From Eledone cirrhosa (lineage: Eukaryota), in contig OZ024753.1 in the NCBI GenBank assembly GCA_964016885.1, forward strand, positions 5,208,001-5,272,000: a DNA stretch of 64,000 bases, read 5' to 3'. A model generated the notes under the pieces. It ran no database searches. It was not told where the DNA came from and saw only the letters and a list, made by a program, of their open reading frames with translations. Position numbers and translations under genes: made by a program. How positions within the stretch are numbered: the first letter of the stretch is position 1; every line of letters starts with the position of its first letter. Shown here in pieces: positions 38,791 through 51,012 of the stretch.

Positions 38791-39412
38791 ATACACACAT
38801 ACATACATATATGCATATTCCCCCACACACACATCTGCACATTTTACACTACATTAACCAAAGAAGTAATCAACCAGTATACTGTAATCACTCAACCACA
38901 AACACCCCTGTTACATCACTTCTACAACTCCTCTAAACTACTCAACTCTACACTACCCAGGTGGAACCAATCTGAAGCTCTTACCTTTCTTCATTTTTAT
39001 GCAACCTTGTGTTAAATATTTCAAATAATCCTTCTTCCCCTGAACTGCAACCCTCTGGAATCCTCTTCTTCTCAATCTATTTCTTCCAACATGCAAAAGT
39101 TCTACCTAAATATTATTTACATCCATTTGGGTCTTTTATGGATCCTATCTCTTCCCCTCTGGGAATAAGCAATAAAAATAGATTTCATATCTTGTAACTT
39201 ACAAAATATTTATATTTGAATTATTAAGTTTTTTTTCATTTTGAAATATATTTATATTTTGTTACTCGAGAATTTATAATCTCTCTCTCTCTCAGGAGTA
39301 GTTTCCAGTTTCTGATCTAGGGCTAAGCAGCTGTTTTTGTTTCATTCGATCTAGTTTCCTGTTAAGTTTACTTTTTCTCTGTGAAATATTTAAAGGATTC
39401 ACTACTGAATGG

Positions 39413-39414
<2 letters not shown>

Positions 39415-39485
<71 letters not shown>
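39415..39485. repeat. (CT)n microsatellite
   Basis: Direct inspection. Confidence 0.95.
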
Positions 39486-39494
<9 letters not shown>

Positions 39495-39742
39495 AACAAA
39501 CTGAATTTGAAAGGGTTTCAGGGTTAGGATAGTTTTGTCTAAATCCAGTTGACTTGAATAAAGCATTGATGCAGAAAACCAAATGTGCCAGGAATTATTT
39601 TTCTTTTCTTTATTTTTTTGAGGTTTTCTTTTCTGTGATGTTTTCAGCTTTCTTTGTTCATCTATTTGCTTACTTTAGGGATACTAATTTTGGCTGGTAA
39701 CTGAAGATTTTAGTGTTTAGTCCTTCCAAAGAATTAACCCAA

Positions 39743-39964
39743 ATAATTGTTTCTACTTTAGGCACAAGGCCAGTAATTGGTGGAGAGGGAAAGGTCGATT
39801 AAATCGCCCCCAGTGCATTACTGGTGCTTTATTTTATCGACCTCATAAGGATAAAAGGCAAAGCTAACCCCAGCAGGATTTGAACTCAGAACGTAAAGGG
39901 CCATAACTCTATGCTGCAAAGCATGGTGTCTGATGATCTACTGATACTGCCAATCCACCGCCCT
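39743..39964 (-). mobile_element. Group-B SINE (B1)
   Basis: Full length; aataattgtttctac on both flanks. Confidence 0.9.
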
Positions 39965-40477
39965 ATAATAATAATAATAATTGTTTCTACAACAGCAACA
40001 ACTAGGGCTAGTGGTGGAGGTATTCGTTTTTGTTGTAACCCCTTCACATCCTGATGTTAGTTATTACTAGTCTAACATTACATGCAACCTCCTTTCATTT
40101 AGTGGAACCAAAGGAAATGTGTTACAAGGAAAAGTCTGGGCAATATATGAGAGGCCATGTCAAAAGTAACTTGGCACAGTTTTTAACCATTTAGTCTTTA
40201 GTTGTAAATTCTATCTTCTTGAATGTTCTATCCAAGTTACATTACCATATGGGAAGGGCTGTACCCTCCCTGAGATGGTGAAATGGAAAGGTGAGGAGGA
40301 GGAGGGAAAGAGCATTACACAGTAGCGTGGGATCACACTCTTACTTTTGTAATCTGAGATTTCAAGAAATAGACGGCTTGGGGGAATTTTAGAAAAATAT
40401 TCTTTTCTCTTTCAGTTGTTCATGACAATATTTGACTTTAAACTAAACTTGGAGACATTTTACTTAGAATTTGGAAT

Positions 40478-40665
40478 TTGTTGTTGCTGTTATTGTTGCA
40501 GATGTTACTGTTGTTGTTGCTACTGCTGTTGTTGTTGTTGTTGTTGTTACTGCTGCTGTTATTGTTATTGCTGCTACTGTTGTTGCTGTTAATGCTGTTG
40601 TTGCTACTGTTGCTGTTGCTATTGCTGTTGTTGCTGTTATTGTTGCTATTGTTGTTGTTGTTGTC
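40478..40665. repeat. (GTT/GCT)n triplet repeat
   Basis: Direct inspection; source of poly-L/V/T ORFs. Confidence 0.95.
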
Positions 40666-40874
40666 ATCTATAATTTTCCTACTTTACAAATATCTGACAT
40701 TTTTTATCTTGATGTTTATTTTAGAATTTGTCTGTTGCTACAGGAAATTTAAAAACAAATAAGAATTTTAACTTACTCTAAATAATTACAAATTAATTAT
40801 TAAACTTTTTTTTTTACATTTTAAGTATTGTTGTAATTTTGATGCATTCTGTATGATTAATAGTGATTAAGGGT

Positions 40875-41103
40875 TTAACCCTTTAGCATTTACATTACAC
40901 TATATATACTATAGTATTTTTGTGGTAAAAGCTTTACCTCATATAATTATCTCACATAATATCGAATCTATGAGATTTTGATATTATTTATTTTGAGAAC
41001 AATACCTTAACATAAGTATGAGCAGTAGGTTATGGCTGGTTTGAACAGAAAGAGGTGAGAGAATTATGGCCGGATATGGCCAGTTTAAATGCTAAAGGGT
41101 TAA
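40875..41103. mobile_element. TTAA MITE family 1, reference full-length copy
   Basis: TTAA-CCCTTTAGCATTTA...TAAATGCTAAAGGG-TTAA: 14-bp TIR with CCC/GGG ends, as in piggyBac. Confidence 0.95.
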
Positions 41104-41223
41104 TATTGCTTATTTATGATTTTATAGACTGAGGTACTTCATTCTGAAATCAGTTTAAAAAGTAAAAATCATGGACAGTTTTTACTTCAGCAAAAATTTA
41201 AATGAAGGTGATATATAAAATAG

Positions 41224-41567
41224 ATGGTGGTAGATTGCCAGTACTGGTAGAGTGTGGGACACCATTCTTCACAGCATAGAGTTACAGCCATTTATATTCT
41301 GAGTTCAAATCCTGCCGAGGTCAACTTTGCCTTTCATCTTTTTGAGATCAATAGAAAAATTACCAGTCTAGTACTAGGGTTGACTCTTCCTCTATATCTC
41401 TTTCTTAATTCCTCTCCCTCACTTTCTATTCTTCTTTGGAAAAAATCTGTTGTGTTCAGACCTGAAGAGGAGATGGGCTTTGACAAGCTTAAAATGCCTA
41501 AGAAACACTGTATGCCATTATGTCACCTCTACAACTCTATTAGGAGTTTTGGGACCATGCATGCATG
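41224..41567 (+). mobile_element. Group-B SINE, tail B2
   Basis: B head and central domain followed by aaaatgcctaagaaac...ggagttttgggaccatgcat. Confidence 0.85.
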
Positions 41568-41777
41568 GAATATAAAAAATAAGGCTTTATGAAATTGTTT
41601 AAAGCATTGAGCTGTTATAATGTAAATCAGTTTAAGCTATACTAGAGCCTTCTGAAAATATATAGGTGCTTTAAGGGATCATGATTCCCCCCATCCAACA
41701 ACTGATTGTTGATGTTTATCATTATATATCCTAAATATATCAAACCAAAATTAAATTATTAGATAGACCTTACATAA

Positions 41778-42092
41778 AGGTGGCGAATTGGCAGAATTGT
41801 TAGAATGTTATATAGAATGCTTTATGGTATTCTGGCTCTCTGCTCTCAGAGTTCAAATCCCACCAAGGTGATCTTTGCCTTTCATCCTTTCGAGGTCAAT
41901 AAAAAAAAGTACCAGTCAAGTACTGGGTTCGATTCTTCCTCTATATCTCTTTCTCATTTCCTCTCTCTCACTTTCTATATTTCTCTGTAAGAAATCTGCT
42001 GTACTCGGGTTTAAAATGCCCAAGAAACGCTGTATATCAATACGGTGCACCTACAATTGTATCAGGAATTACGGGACCATACATACATACAT
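41778..42092 (+). mobile_element. Group-B SINE, tail B2
   Basis: ggtggcgaattggcag head, gagttcaaatcc, B2 tail ending in (ACAT)n. Confidence 0.9.
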
Positions 42093-42512
42093 AAATAGTA
42101 ATGGCAGCTGGGAAACTTATTGCGATTATTTAAATACCTCTCTATTAATAGACTTTCAATATAAATAAGCCTTTCTTCTTTCATCTTGACAAATATTTTA
42201 AACCTTCAAAGTTGTCTAAATAGATATTATTAAAAAGTCAGAATTATTTTTCTTTTAAGAAAATGGTGGAACGTTTGCTAGAAAAAAAAGTGAAATGGTT
42301 AGACTAGGGTGAAAGATTATCTTACTACAAATTACCTACTAAATGACTACTTTGGTTTGAAGACAAGTTGTTTATTGTTACTCTTTGACTTTTACTTCTC
42401 TTCGTTATGTAAAATAATGTAGCTTATGATTGCTTCTACTGCCGAGCATCTGTGTTATAAATGTGTTCTGGATTTAAGTGTATATATAAATGTGTCCTGA
42501 TTTAAATATATA

Positions 42513-42822
42513 TATGTATGTATAGTGCCATAACTCCTGATAAAGACGTAGGGGCACTGTGTTGACATATGCCGTTTCTTGGGCATTTTAAGCCTGGCAG
42601 AGCCCATCCTTCTCCAGGCCTGAGTACAGCAGATTTCTTCCAGCAAAAGATAGAAAGTGAGAGAGAGGAAAAATCGACCGCAGTACTGGTACTTTTTTTA
42701 ATCAACCCCGAAAGGATGAAAGGCAAAGTTGACCTCAGCAGGATTTGAACTCAGAGAGCAGAGAACTGGAATGTTTACCATAGAGCATTGTATCCAACGT
42801 TCTAGCGACTCTGCCAATTCAC

Positions 42823-42824
<2 letters not shown>
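42513..42824 (-). mobile_element. Group-B SINE, tail B2
   Basis: Reverse complement of 41778-42092. Confidence 0.9.
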
Positions 42825-42832
<8 letters not shown>

Positions 42833-42907
<75 letters not shown>

Positions 42908-43190
42908 ACACACATTCTGATGTAAGTGTGTACATATATGTGCACATTCTGATGTAAGTGTGTGTGTTTATGTACACATTCTGATGTAAGTGTGTGTATA
43001 TATGTACACATTCTGATGTAAGTGTGTGTGTATATGTACACATTCTGATGCAAGTGTGTGTATATATGTACACATTCTGATGCAAGTGTGTGTGTATATG
43101 TACACATTCTGATGTAAGTGTGTGTGTATATGTACACATTCTGATGCAAGTGTGTGTGTATATGTACACATTCTGATGTAAGTGTGTGTA
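42833..43190. repeat. (CA)n tract running into a 30-32 bp minisatellite, about 9 copies
   Basis: Unit acacattctgatgtaagtgtgtgtatatgt. Confidence 0.95.
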
Positions 43191-43978
43191 TATTTATATA
43201 TATGTGTACACACAAATACTCTACCATTTTTGTGGCTATTTCCTTAGAATATAATAAACACTGAATGTTTAATTCTTGATTGATGTAACCACTTACTGTG
43301 AAATTCTAAAATACTCAGGATTCTGATAAATGTTGTTTATTAAATTTTATTTACAAAATGGAAATCTACTGATTGTATTTGATTAAATATAACTTTATTA
43401 GAAGATTTTATTTTCAAAAATATAAAAAAAGCATTCATTTTTCCTAAAAGTGGAGAGATGCCATGCTGAGAACGACTCGTCCAACCCATGCAAGCATGGA
43501 AAAGTGGACGTAAAAACAATGATGATGTATTGTAATAGGTAGGCTGTTAAATTGGATTGAAATGTGGCCTTAAAAACAAATGGAATGTAACTCCTACAGT
43601 TAAATCCCTCGTTGATAAGCTATATAAAGCTATTTATTTTCTCATAGATGTTTAAATATATATTTTTTTTTTTTTTTTACTTTTTGATTTGAAATGTTTA
43701 TTTTTTTTTAAATTGGGGTAAAATGTAGATTAGTGTATTTAAGAAAAAGAATTCCTTTGAGGATTTTTGGTTAGTTTTGAAGTCATTGATAATTCAACAA
43801 CTTCTGCTTATAGCATTTGTTTATATAATCAGTCCACTTCTGAATTTGATATTCTTTCCAAATTGTAGTGAGACGCTAAGGAAGTTGAAGCTGTATAACA
43901 ATTTTGCAAATGTCTCTTTCAATTGAAAGGAGCCGTGGTGGGTCGGTATTTATTATGCCCTATTTTTATATATTTTAG

Positions 43979-44117
43979 AATCCAACAGTGAATTAAATGG
44001 CTTGGTGGAAGACAAGGAGATAGCAGCCCGAGCTGTAGCGTTGGTTGTTAACAGCTCTCGCAAAGGGATTGTACCACTTTGTGCTGATGTAGCAAATCTT
44101 TTAAGAGCTAAAAAAAG
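43979..44117 (+). CDS. Probable internal coding exon of an unidentified host gene (SNSELNGLVEDKEIAARAVALVVNSSRKGIVPLCADVANLLRAKK)
   Basis: Acceptor tatttttatatattttag, donor aag|gtaagc, 139 nt, only one open frame (phase 1 to phase 2), raised GC, unique sequence with protein-like composition. Confidence 0.65.
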
Positions 44118-44350
44118 GTAAGCCTTTAATTTATTATCCTTCAGCTAGCCCCTTTGCTTTTGTTACCCAAATGATCCTTTGTAACCTTTGTAATTTAATT
44201 TTCTCATTGTTTAGTTGTGTTGTGGTTCCAAATATTGGATTGATTTTAACACAGAAGAGAAACATATTTATTTTAATAAACCATAAATAAGGCACTTAAC
44301 TAATCATTTCTCTCCCTTTGTATTCCTTCAGCATCATCCATTTTGTACTA

Positions 44351-44577
44351 CAAGTTCACAATCTCTTATCCCAAAACCTTGGGACCAAACACTTTTCAGA
44401 TTTCGGAAGTTTTTGGATTTTGGAGTGGAATATTTTTAGTGTACATTTTAAAGTTTTTTAGATAAAACATTACAGGGGACAGTGGTAGCTTTGGTGTGCA
44501 GACAACATCCTGGAAAAAACATTTGGTTTTTGAAACTTTTCAGTTTTCAGAATTTTGGATAAAAGATTGTAAACCTG
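44351..44577. mobile_element. Tigger-like MITE
   Basis: TA TSD; TIRs caagttcacaatctcttatcccaaaa / ttttggataaaagattgtaaacctg. Confidence 0.85.
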
Positions 44578-45340
44578 TACTTTTTCTAATGTTATCTTCT
44601 TCCTTAAGACACTCCACTCCCCACCTCACTCTACCAAAAGAGAGAGGTATTGTATAGATTTAGTTTGAGTTTTAAAACTAAGTTTGCTTTTGACAGTTTG
44701 ATTTAAAACCACAAACAATTTGTAAATGTGATGCTAAAAGCCCTTTAGTTTTGGGATTTTGTTTTTCTGTGAGAATTTATTTTGTCATCTGTTACAGTGG
44801 TTAGTTTTCCTGTGTACAAAAGTACCCTCATATATCTTCAATATTATGTAAATGATAAATCCAATATTTTACAAAACACTAATAATTTGCTATGGGTTAC
44901 AAAATATTGTCTTCAATCTGTTTTCAGAACTAACACACATTTCCAATTTTATAGTTACCCTAAGTGAGAGAGCATAACTGAAGAAGCTTCAAAAACATTT
45001 TGTTGAACATTAAGCTTTGAATCTCCAGAAGGAAACAAAAAATGTCCAAAGCTTGTTTAGTATTCTTTATTTTATCTACCTCGTTCAGAAGACTTATTTT
45101 GCTATTACTATTTCTATGAGTTAGAGCAGTGGATTGGCAAATTGGTAGAGTGTCAGACAAAATGCTTTGTGGTATTTAGTTCTACATCCTACTGAAGTCA
45201 ACTTTACCTTTCTTTTTTCCAGGATTGATAAAATAAAGTGAAGGTGTGGGGGGTGTCCAATATAATCAACCTTCCCCTTCTCCCCAAGTAATGGCCCTAA
45301 GCCATCAATTCATGACATTTTTTTCTCAAATAATAAATAT

Positions 45341-45533
45341 TCAACTTAAAGCCATTAACTTTAATCTAAACCCATTAACTTTAACTCAAAGCATTTAACT
45401 TCGCCCTAATGCCATTAACTTTAGCTGAAAGCCATTAGCTTTAATCCAACGCAATTAACTGAACCCTAAAGCCATTAAAACTAATCCAAACCCATTAAAT
45501 TTTACTTAAAGCCATTAACTTTAACTTAGAAGC
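45341..45533. repeat. 20-bp degenerate minisatellite, about 9.5 copies
   Basis: Unit approx. ttaacttaaagccattaact. Confidence 0.9.
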
Positions 45534-45821
45534 TATACAGAGATGCAGTCACAATTTGTCAACAAGGTTGATCTCATTGTGGTGAACCTCACAAAAGAGA
45601 TGACAAAGGATTGCAGCAAATGTCAAAATGTTGTTCTGGAAAGAACCTGTCCAATCTATATTGGCATGGGAAACAGTTGTAGGGAGGTGGTGGAGAGGAG
45701 GGAGAGTAATAAAGGGGAGGAGAACGATCATGATGATGAGGATAATAACTGTTAGACATTTAATATATATCATATCATATATATAATTTAACATATATAT
45801 AATCTAATATATATGTATCAT

Positions 45822-46037
45822 ATCATCATCATCATCATCACCGTTTTATGTCCATTTTTCCACGCTAGCATGGGTTAAACGAGTTGTCCTGTTGTTGGAA
45901 ATGCTAGGTCAGGTGACTGTGTCTTGCTCAAACAGAACTTATTCTGGCTTGGTTTCTACAGCTGGATGCCCTTCCTAACACCAACCTCATTTGCAGTGGG
46001 GACTGGTTGCTTTTGTCGTGACACCTACATGATCACT
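45822..46037 (-). mobile_element. Group-A SINE 3' half
   Basis: (CAT)n, ccacgctagcatggg, tttctacagctggatgcccttcc. Confidence 0.85.
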
Positions 46038-47509
46038 GTATATTGTTATTAATAATTTAGCATTAAAAAAATATATATTGCCACGAAAATAGCCAGTAAA
46101 ATGATCGCGGGAGATATTTGCATTTCCACGAATATGCGGTAGTTTCCACAAACAATTATTAGTTAGGTGTCTCAGAAAAATTCTGTGAACAACCAGGACT
46201 GCGAATGCTGGGGGGGTTAACTGTGTTACATTTATATATCTTTTATGAACTTAGAAAATATCTTTGTAAAATTACGTGTGTATGTGTGTGTTTGCATCTG
46301 TGTTTGTATTTGTTTATGTGCATGCTTGTATGTGTGTTTGTGTGTATGTGTGTGTTTTCCTGTGTGTGTGTTTGTTTGGGTGTGTGTGTTTGCTTGTGTG
46401 TATGTGTTTGAGTGTGTGTCTAACCCTACAAAGATATTTTCTAAGTTTACAAAATTTGCTCATTGGTATTTACACATATGTTATAACATAGGATGTCATA
46501 ACATATGCCATTTTTGTTAAAAACTTATATATTAATTACCAATAGAATTCTATCTAGTAAATATATCAATTACTGAGACTTATATTTAACTGTTATTCCA
46601 TTTATTTATCTGAAAATATAAAATATAAATTGAAGAGAAAAAGAGAGTGAGAGTGAGAAAAAGAAAGCTAGCAGCAATTTATAAGTGTAAGTTGGCTATA
46701 TCTAAACCCCTGGGAAACATATGTTTTATAATAGTTAGAAATATAAATAACTTAAGTAAAACAGTATTAGAGAGCTTAAGATAAGGCTTTCATGTTTCTT
46801 CATATTGTTGCTTTCTAGAAGTTCTCTTGTATTCCCTTCTGACCACTGGATTTTAGCTGACCACATTATACTACAGCCAACTAGCTAGCCAATTAGCTGA
46901 CACCCTCCCACTAGCAGCAGACAGGTTCAATAGGTGACCTGCCATGAATGCCTCTTGTGTTTCACTGGATTGCCCTACTTAAGTAGCTTTTACAAAACTT
47001 TGTAATTGTATATATATATATATATATATATGTTCTTCAATTTGAATGAAGTTTGTGTTTTAGGTAACTTTCTAGAGATGGTGAAGTTTGTTAAAAGTAA
47101 TGTGACCCAGAAACGTACAGAATGCATACATGTTTGTGTGTGTTTGTGTATTTTAGATTTCTCACTTAACCATACACCCAGTCTTTTGATTCTCTTGAGT
47201 GAGAGGGTAATAGTAAATGACTCAGCCCTAATGTATTACAGCTACTTATTTTGTCTACTGTTACATTATGAAAAGCAGGATCAACTCTCATGGGATTTGA
47301 ACTCTGAAATATGAGACACCAAACTAGATACTGTAAAGTAATTTCTCTGGAGAGGGGCTCTACCCGTAATCTTAAATATTTACTTCTCTTCAGAACACAC
47401 AAGCATTACAACTTTATTGAGCTGACTTTTTGCTGCCCTTCACTGAAGAATCTTTAATAAAGGACCTCTATCTAAAACACTAGATATTTTATCTCGCTAT
47501 AGCAAATTA

Positions 47510-47650
47510 TTAACTCTTAACATCTTGTAATGATTTAACAGAAAATATCTAAAAACAGATTTGTTAATTCAAAACTTTATAGAATCTTTACTAGTGAACA
47601 GATTGTTGTGAACATTTATTTGCAGTATTTGACCAAAGTAGAGATTCATT
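47510..47650 (+). mobile_element. TTAA MITE family 4, partial
   Basis: ttaactcttaacatc...; colinear with 53909-54142. Confidence 0.75.
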
Positions 47651-47678
47651 TTTAACCCTTTGGCATTCACATTACTCT

Positions 47679-48013
47679 ATATGATCTTCTCACCTTTTTG
47701 TCTACAAGACTCGCTATCAGGGCAATGTGTTCTAGCTATGATCTTCTAACCTTTTTATCTGTAAGACTCACTATCAGAGCTATGTGATCTAGCTTTGACC
47801 TTCTCCCTTTTTGTCTACAAGACTCACTATCAGAGTTGTGTGTTCTCGCTATGATCTCACCTTTTTGTCTACAAGACTTACAAACAGAACCATGTGTTCT
47901 AGCTATGATCTTCATAGATTTTTGTCTACTACACTTTCTAACAGAGCCATGTGTTCTAGCTATGATCTTCTCACCATTTTGTCTAATAGACTTCCTAACA
48001 GAGCTGTGAGCTA
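47679..48013. repeat. 57-bp minisatellite, about 6 copies
   Basis: Unit ctatgatcttctcacctttttgtctacaagactcactatcagagctatgtgttctag. Confidence 0.9.
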
Positions 48014-48032
48014 ATACTTTATAAACTGTTTG

Positions 48033-48261
48033 TTTACCTCATAACATCCTGTACCACATGGAACCAAATTAACAAGACGTTCTTGAAAAGTACAAAAGAG
48101 CACTATGACTGCATCATATTGAAAATTAAAGTCATTAATTTAATGCTGCAAATTTTCACAGCAATCTGTCCACCAGTAAAGATACTATAAACATTTGAAT
48201 TAATAAATCTGCTTTTGTTTTTTAGATATTTTTTGCTAAAACATTACAGAATAAGAGTTAA
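48033..48261 (-). mobile_element. TTAA MITE family 4
   Basis: Reverse complement of 53909-54142. Confidence 0.8.
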
Positions 48262-48569
48262 GCTCCTTGTGTAGTCTCTGCATTAATAGGTAAAATTTAT
48301 TTTATAATGATGAAAGTATTTTCCCCTTCAAATAGTTCTGGTGTTCTTTAAATTGCAACCTTTCAGTAGCATTCTATTTCAACTTTATAGCTTCAGTTGC
48401 AGATGCACAGTAGCACTTACATATGCAATTCTTCAGATCACTTTTCTCTGTGGCATATGTGTGTGGGCGGTGTAATAATGGTAAGATTTCAGGAATATAA
48501 TACTCAACTTGAAAACATTCTTGATGTTATATTTTCTGAAAATTCTCAATATTTTTCTGTCAGTTCTAC

Positions 48570-48880
48570 TGAATTCTTAGGGGGTTTCATTGTATGTATA
48601 CATGTAGCAAAGAAACCACTCTATCGCTCACACCTTTCTGATATCATAAGGTGTGGGAAACTCGCATTAGCCAGACATGTGAAATGTCACAATGAACCTG
48701 CTGCAGAGTTCTTTTCTGGAAACCTGATGTTGGGAGGCCAACCATCATGGTGAAGGATGTTCTTGAAGATGACACAGGGTTGTAAGCAGAGGAAATTCAG
48801 ATGGCAATGCTTGACAAGGTGAGCCAGAGGATGAACTTTATCATGGCCTGGTAATGAATGTATAGATGAAGAAGAAGAAT
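48570..48880 (+). mobile_element. RTE-type LINE 3' fragment
   Basis: LSDIIRCGKLALARHV.CHNEPA; KDVLEDDTGL*AEEIQMAMLDK; (GAA)n tail. Confidence 0.7.
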
Positions 48881-49064
48881 ACCTTTATCGCAAGGCATTC
48901 GATAAATAATTGTTTTTCAAGAGTATATTTCACTCCACAAGCCATTTTTGTGGGGAAGCTTTTAATGCTAGCGCTAGTTCAGATAATATAGTTAGAACCC
49001 TTGATCCTGTACCGGATAGGAATTATAATTGAGTTTGGTTTCTGTAGCTACTGAGTGATTGACC

Positions 49065-49505
49065 AACAAAGGAGCTTCTGTGTGGTCACTTGACCTACTA
49101 GAAGTACCAGTTAAATCTCTTTCATATCATACTCTACTGTCTTTAAAAAAAATACTGCCAACAAACCTGATAAAAAAAATAGAGAGCTTTTCATGACAGA
49201 AATGTTTTTGCTTATAGGTCTGTTTACTCAAGGTTAACTAGGGGCTAAACAACAACAACAACAATCAGATCACTATATTCAACATCTGTTAATGAGCTAA
49301 CAAGGGAGTCTGTATATAGTCACTTGACCTACTAGAAACAGAAACCAAACCTTCTCCAAATTACACTGTACTGGCTTAAAATACATTGGATAATTTAATC
49401 CTAGATTTATTATACTTGAAAAAAAGTGTTTTTTCTGGTGATCGGTGAATGGCTTTCATTTTTAGTTTGTTTGATGAGGGCTAAATTGAGGCTTAATAGC
49501 GACAA
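49065..49505 (+). mobile_element. Two tandem copies of an old interspersed repeat (group C) with (CAA)n tail
   Basis: aacaaaggagc...gtcacttgacctactagaa...ggggctaaacaacaac; related copies near 4800-5040, 8240-8430, 57425-57520 (-), 59525-59725 (-). Confidence 0.65.
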
Positions 49506-49683
49506 TAGGTCCAAGTTAAATAATAGGTATTCAACATGATTCTGTTCGAAATATCTATTGTGAAATATCAAATATCTTGTTTGTATTTTAAAGATACTGA
49601 TTTATTTTTACTAACATAATTCTATGTAGAGAAATAGTATAGTCAGTTGAATTAGTCAAGTATATTATTTTACTGGCTTAACC

Positions 49684-49817
49684 TATGAGATTTGATATTA
49701 TTCATTTTGAGAACAATACCTTGACATTGGTATGAACAGCTGGTTATGGCCAGTTTCAGCAGAAAGATGTGAGAGAATTCTGGCCAGATACAGCCAGTTT
49801 AGGTGCTAAAGGGTTAA
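49684..49817. mobile_element. TTAA MITE family 1, half copy
   Basis: Ends tgctaaagggttaa. Confidence 0.85.
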
Positions 49818-51012
49818 TTATTTCTCAAATATTTGTCTGATAGAAAGTTGGTGGCAGCTTAAAAATATGATAAACAATATTTCTAAATTTCAACAATTGT
49901 TAAATTGTATTAAATTTATTTTTTGAGATTAGTAAATCTAATTTTATAGAAAGTCAAAGGTTTCTGGAATTTTGAGATCTCTGTTTATTTTATTTTATCC
50001 TCTCATTGAATATTTTTATTTGGAATAGAAATGAAAGAATGTCAACTACATCCATCATTATCATCCTTCTTTTAACTATCTCCCTTTTTAAATTTATACC
50101 TGGCACATTTTTGAGAGGGTTGCCATAAAACATTCTTGAATCTTCTAATATCTTTACATAACAGTCATGTATTGCACCCAGTTATCTCAAGCAAGCTGGC
50201 AATATTAGCCAAGCAACATATTTATCAGAACTTTTTTTTTTCTCTCTTGTGCTGGAGTTAGCCAGCTAATATTTGTGATAGAATAGATAGAACATTGATG
50301 GAAGTACCCCAGCTGCTGTTGCTCTAGCTGTTATCTTTGTTAAAGCCAGGATTTCTTTTGCAACACAGGACCAGTACTTGGGCAACTGTGTTAACTGTAG
50401 CATCACTGAGACTAACATTACTAATTATGTTGAATCACTGCACTATCTTCTGTTGAAATATCACAGATGTCGAGGAATACCGTTAGAATTCTCTTGCTTT
50501 ATAACTCACATATGTGTCATTCATGAAACGAAAATGTGTGAGTAATTGTGTGTGTGTATGTATATATACATAAGGGTGTGTATTTGTGTGTGTGTGTTGA
50601 ACTTGAATTACTGCAAGTTTTATTTAAAAGAAATCACACATATTAAATTTTACTAATCAATACCCAATACTATTTTATTTTGTCATTCTTTTGAGAGTCC
50701 ATTATCCAGTCTGTTTTATTTTAAAAGAAATTAGGGTGTGAGTTGAGGGATATTTCATTGTTTGATTCCTGAAAGTCAAACAGGGCTCCCTTTTATTGAA
50801 ACAACCAAGAAACCTCCAATATCAGAGGTTCTCCCCCCCCCCCCCACACACACAGCCATGTAATACCTTCAACGCCCCCAACCCTATTTCCAGTGGGATC
50901 TGCTTACAAATTGTAAATAATATATAAATAAAATCGTTAATCTATATATAATAAATAATATAATATATACTATGTATGAATAAATATATATATATATGTA
51001 TGAATATATATA

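Noticed and set aside
40464-40762. Poly-Thr/Val/Leu ORFs (mucin-like or membrane-like)
   Set aside because: (GTT/GCT)n repeat open in several frames on both strands
43910-43978. First exon MSLSIERSR spliced to 43979 via g|gtgggt
   Set aside because: Frame would fit, but the implied 41-nt intron is implausibly short
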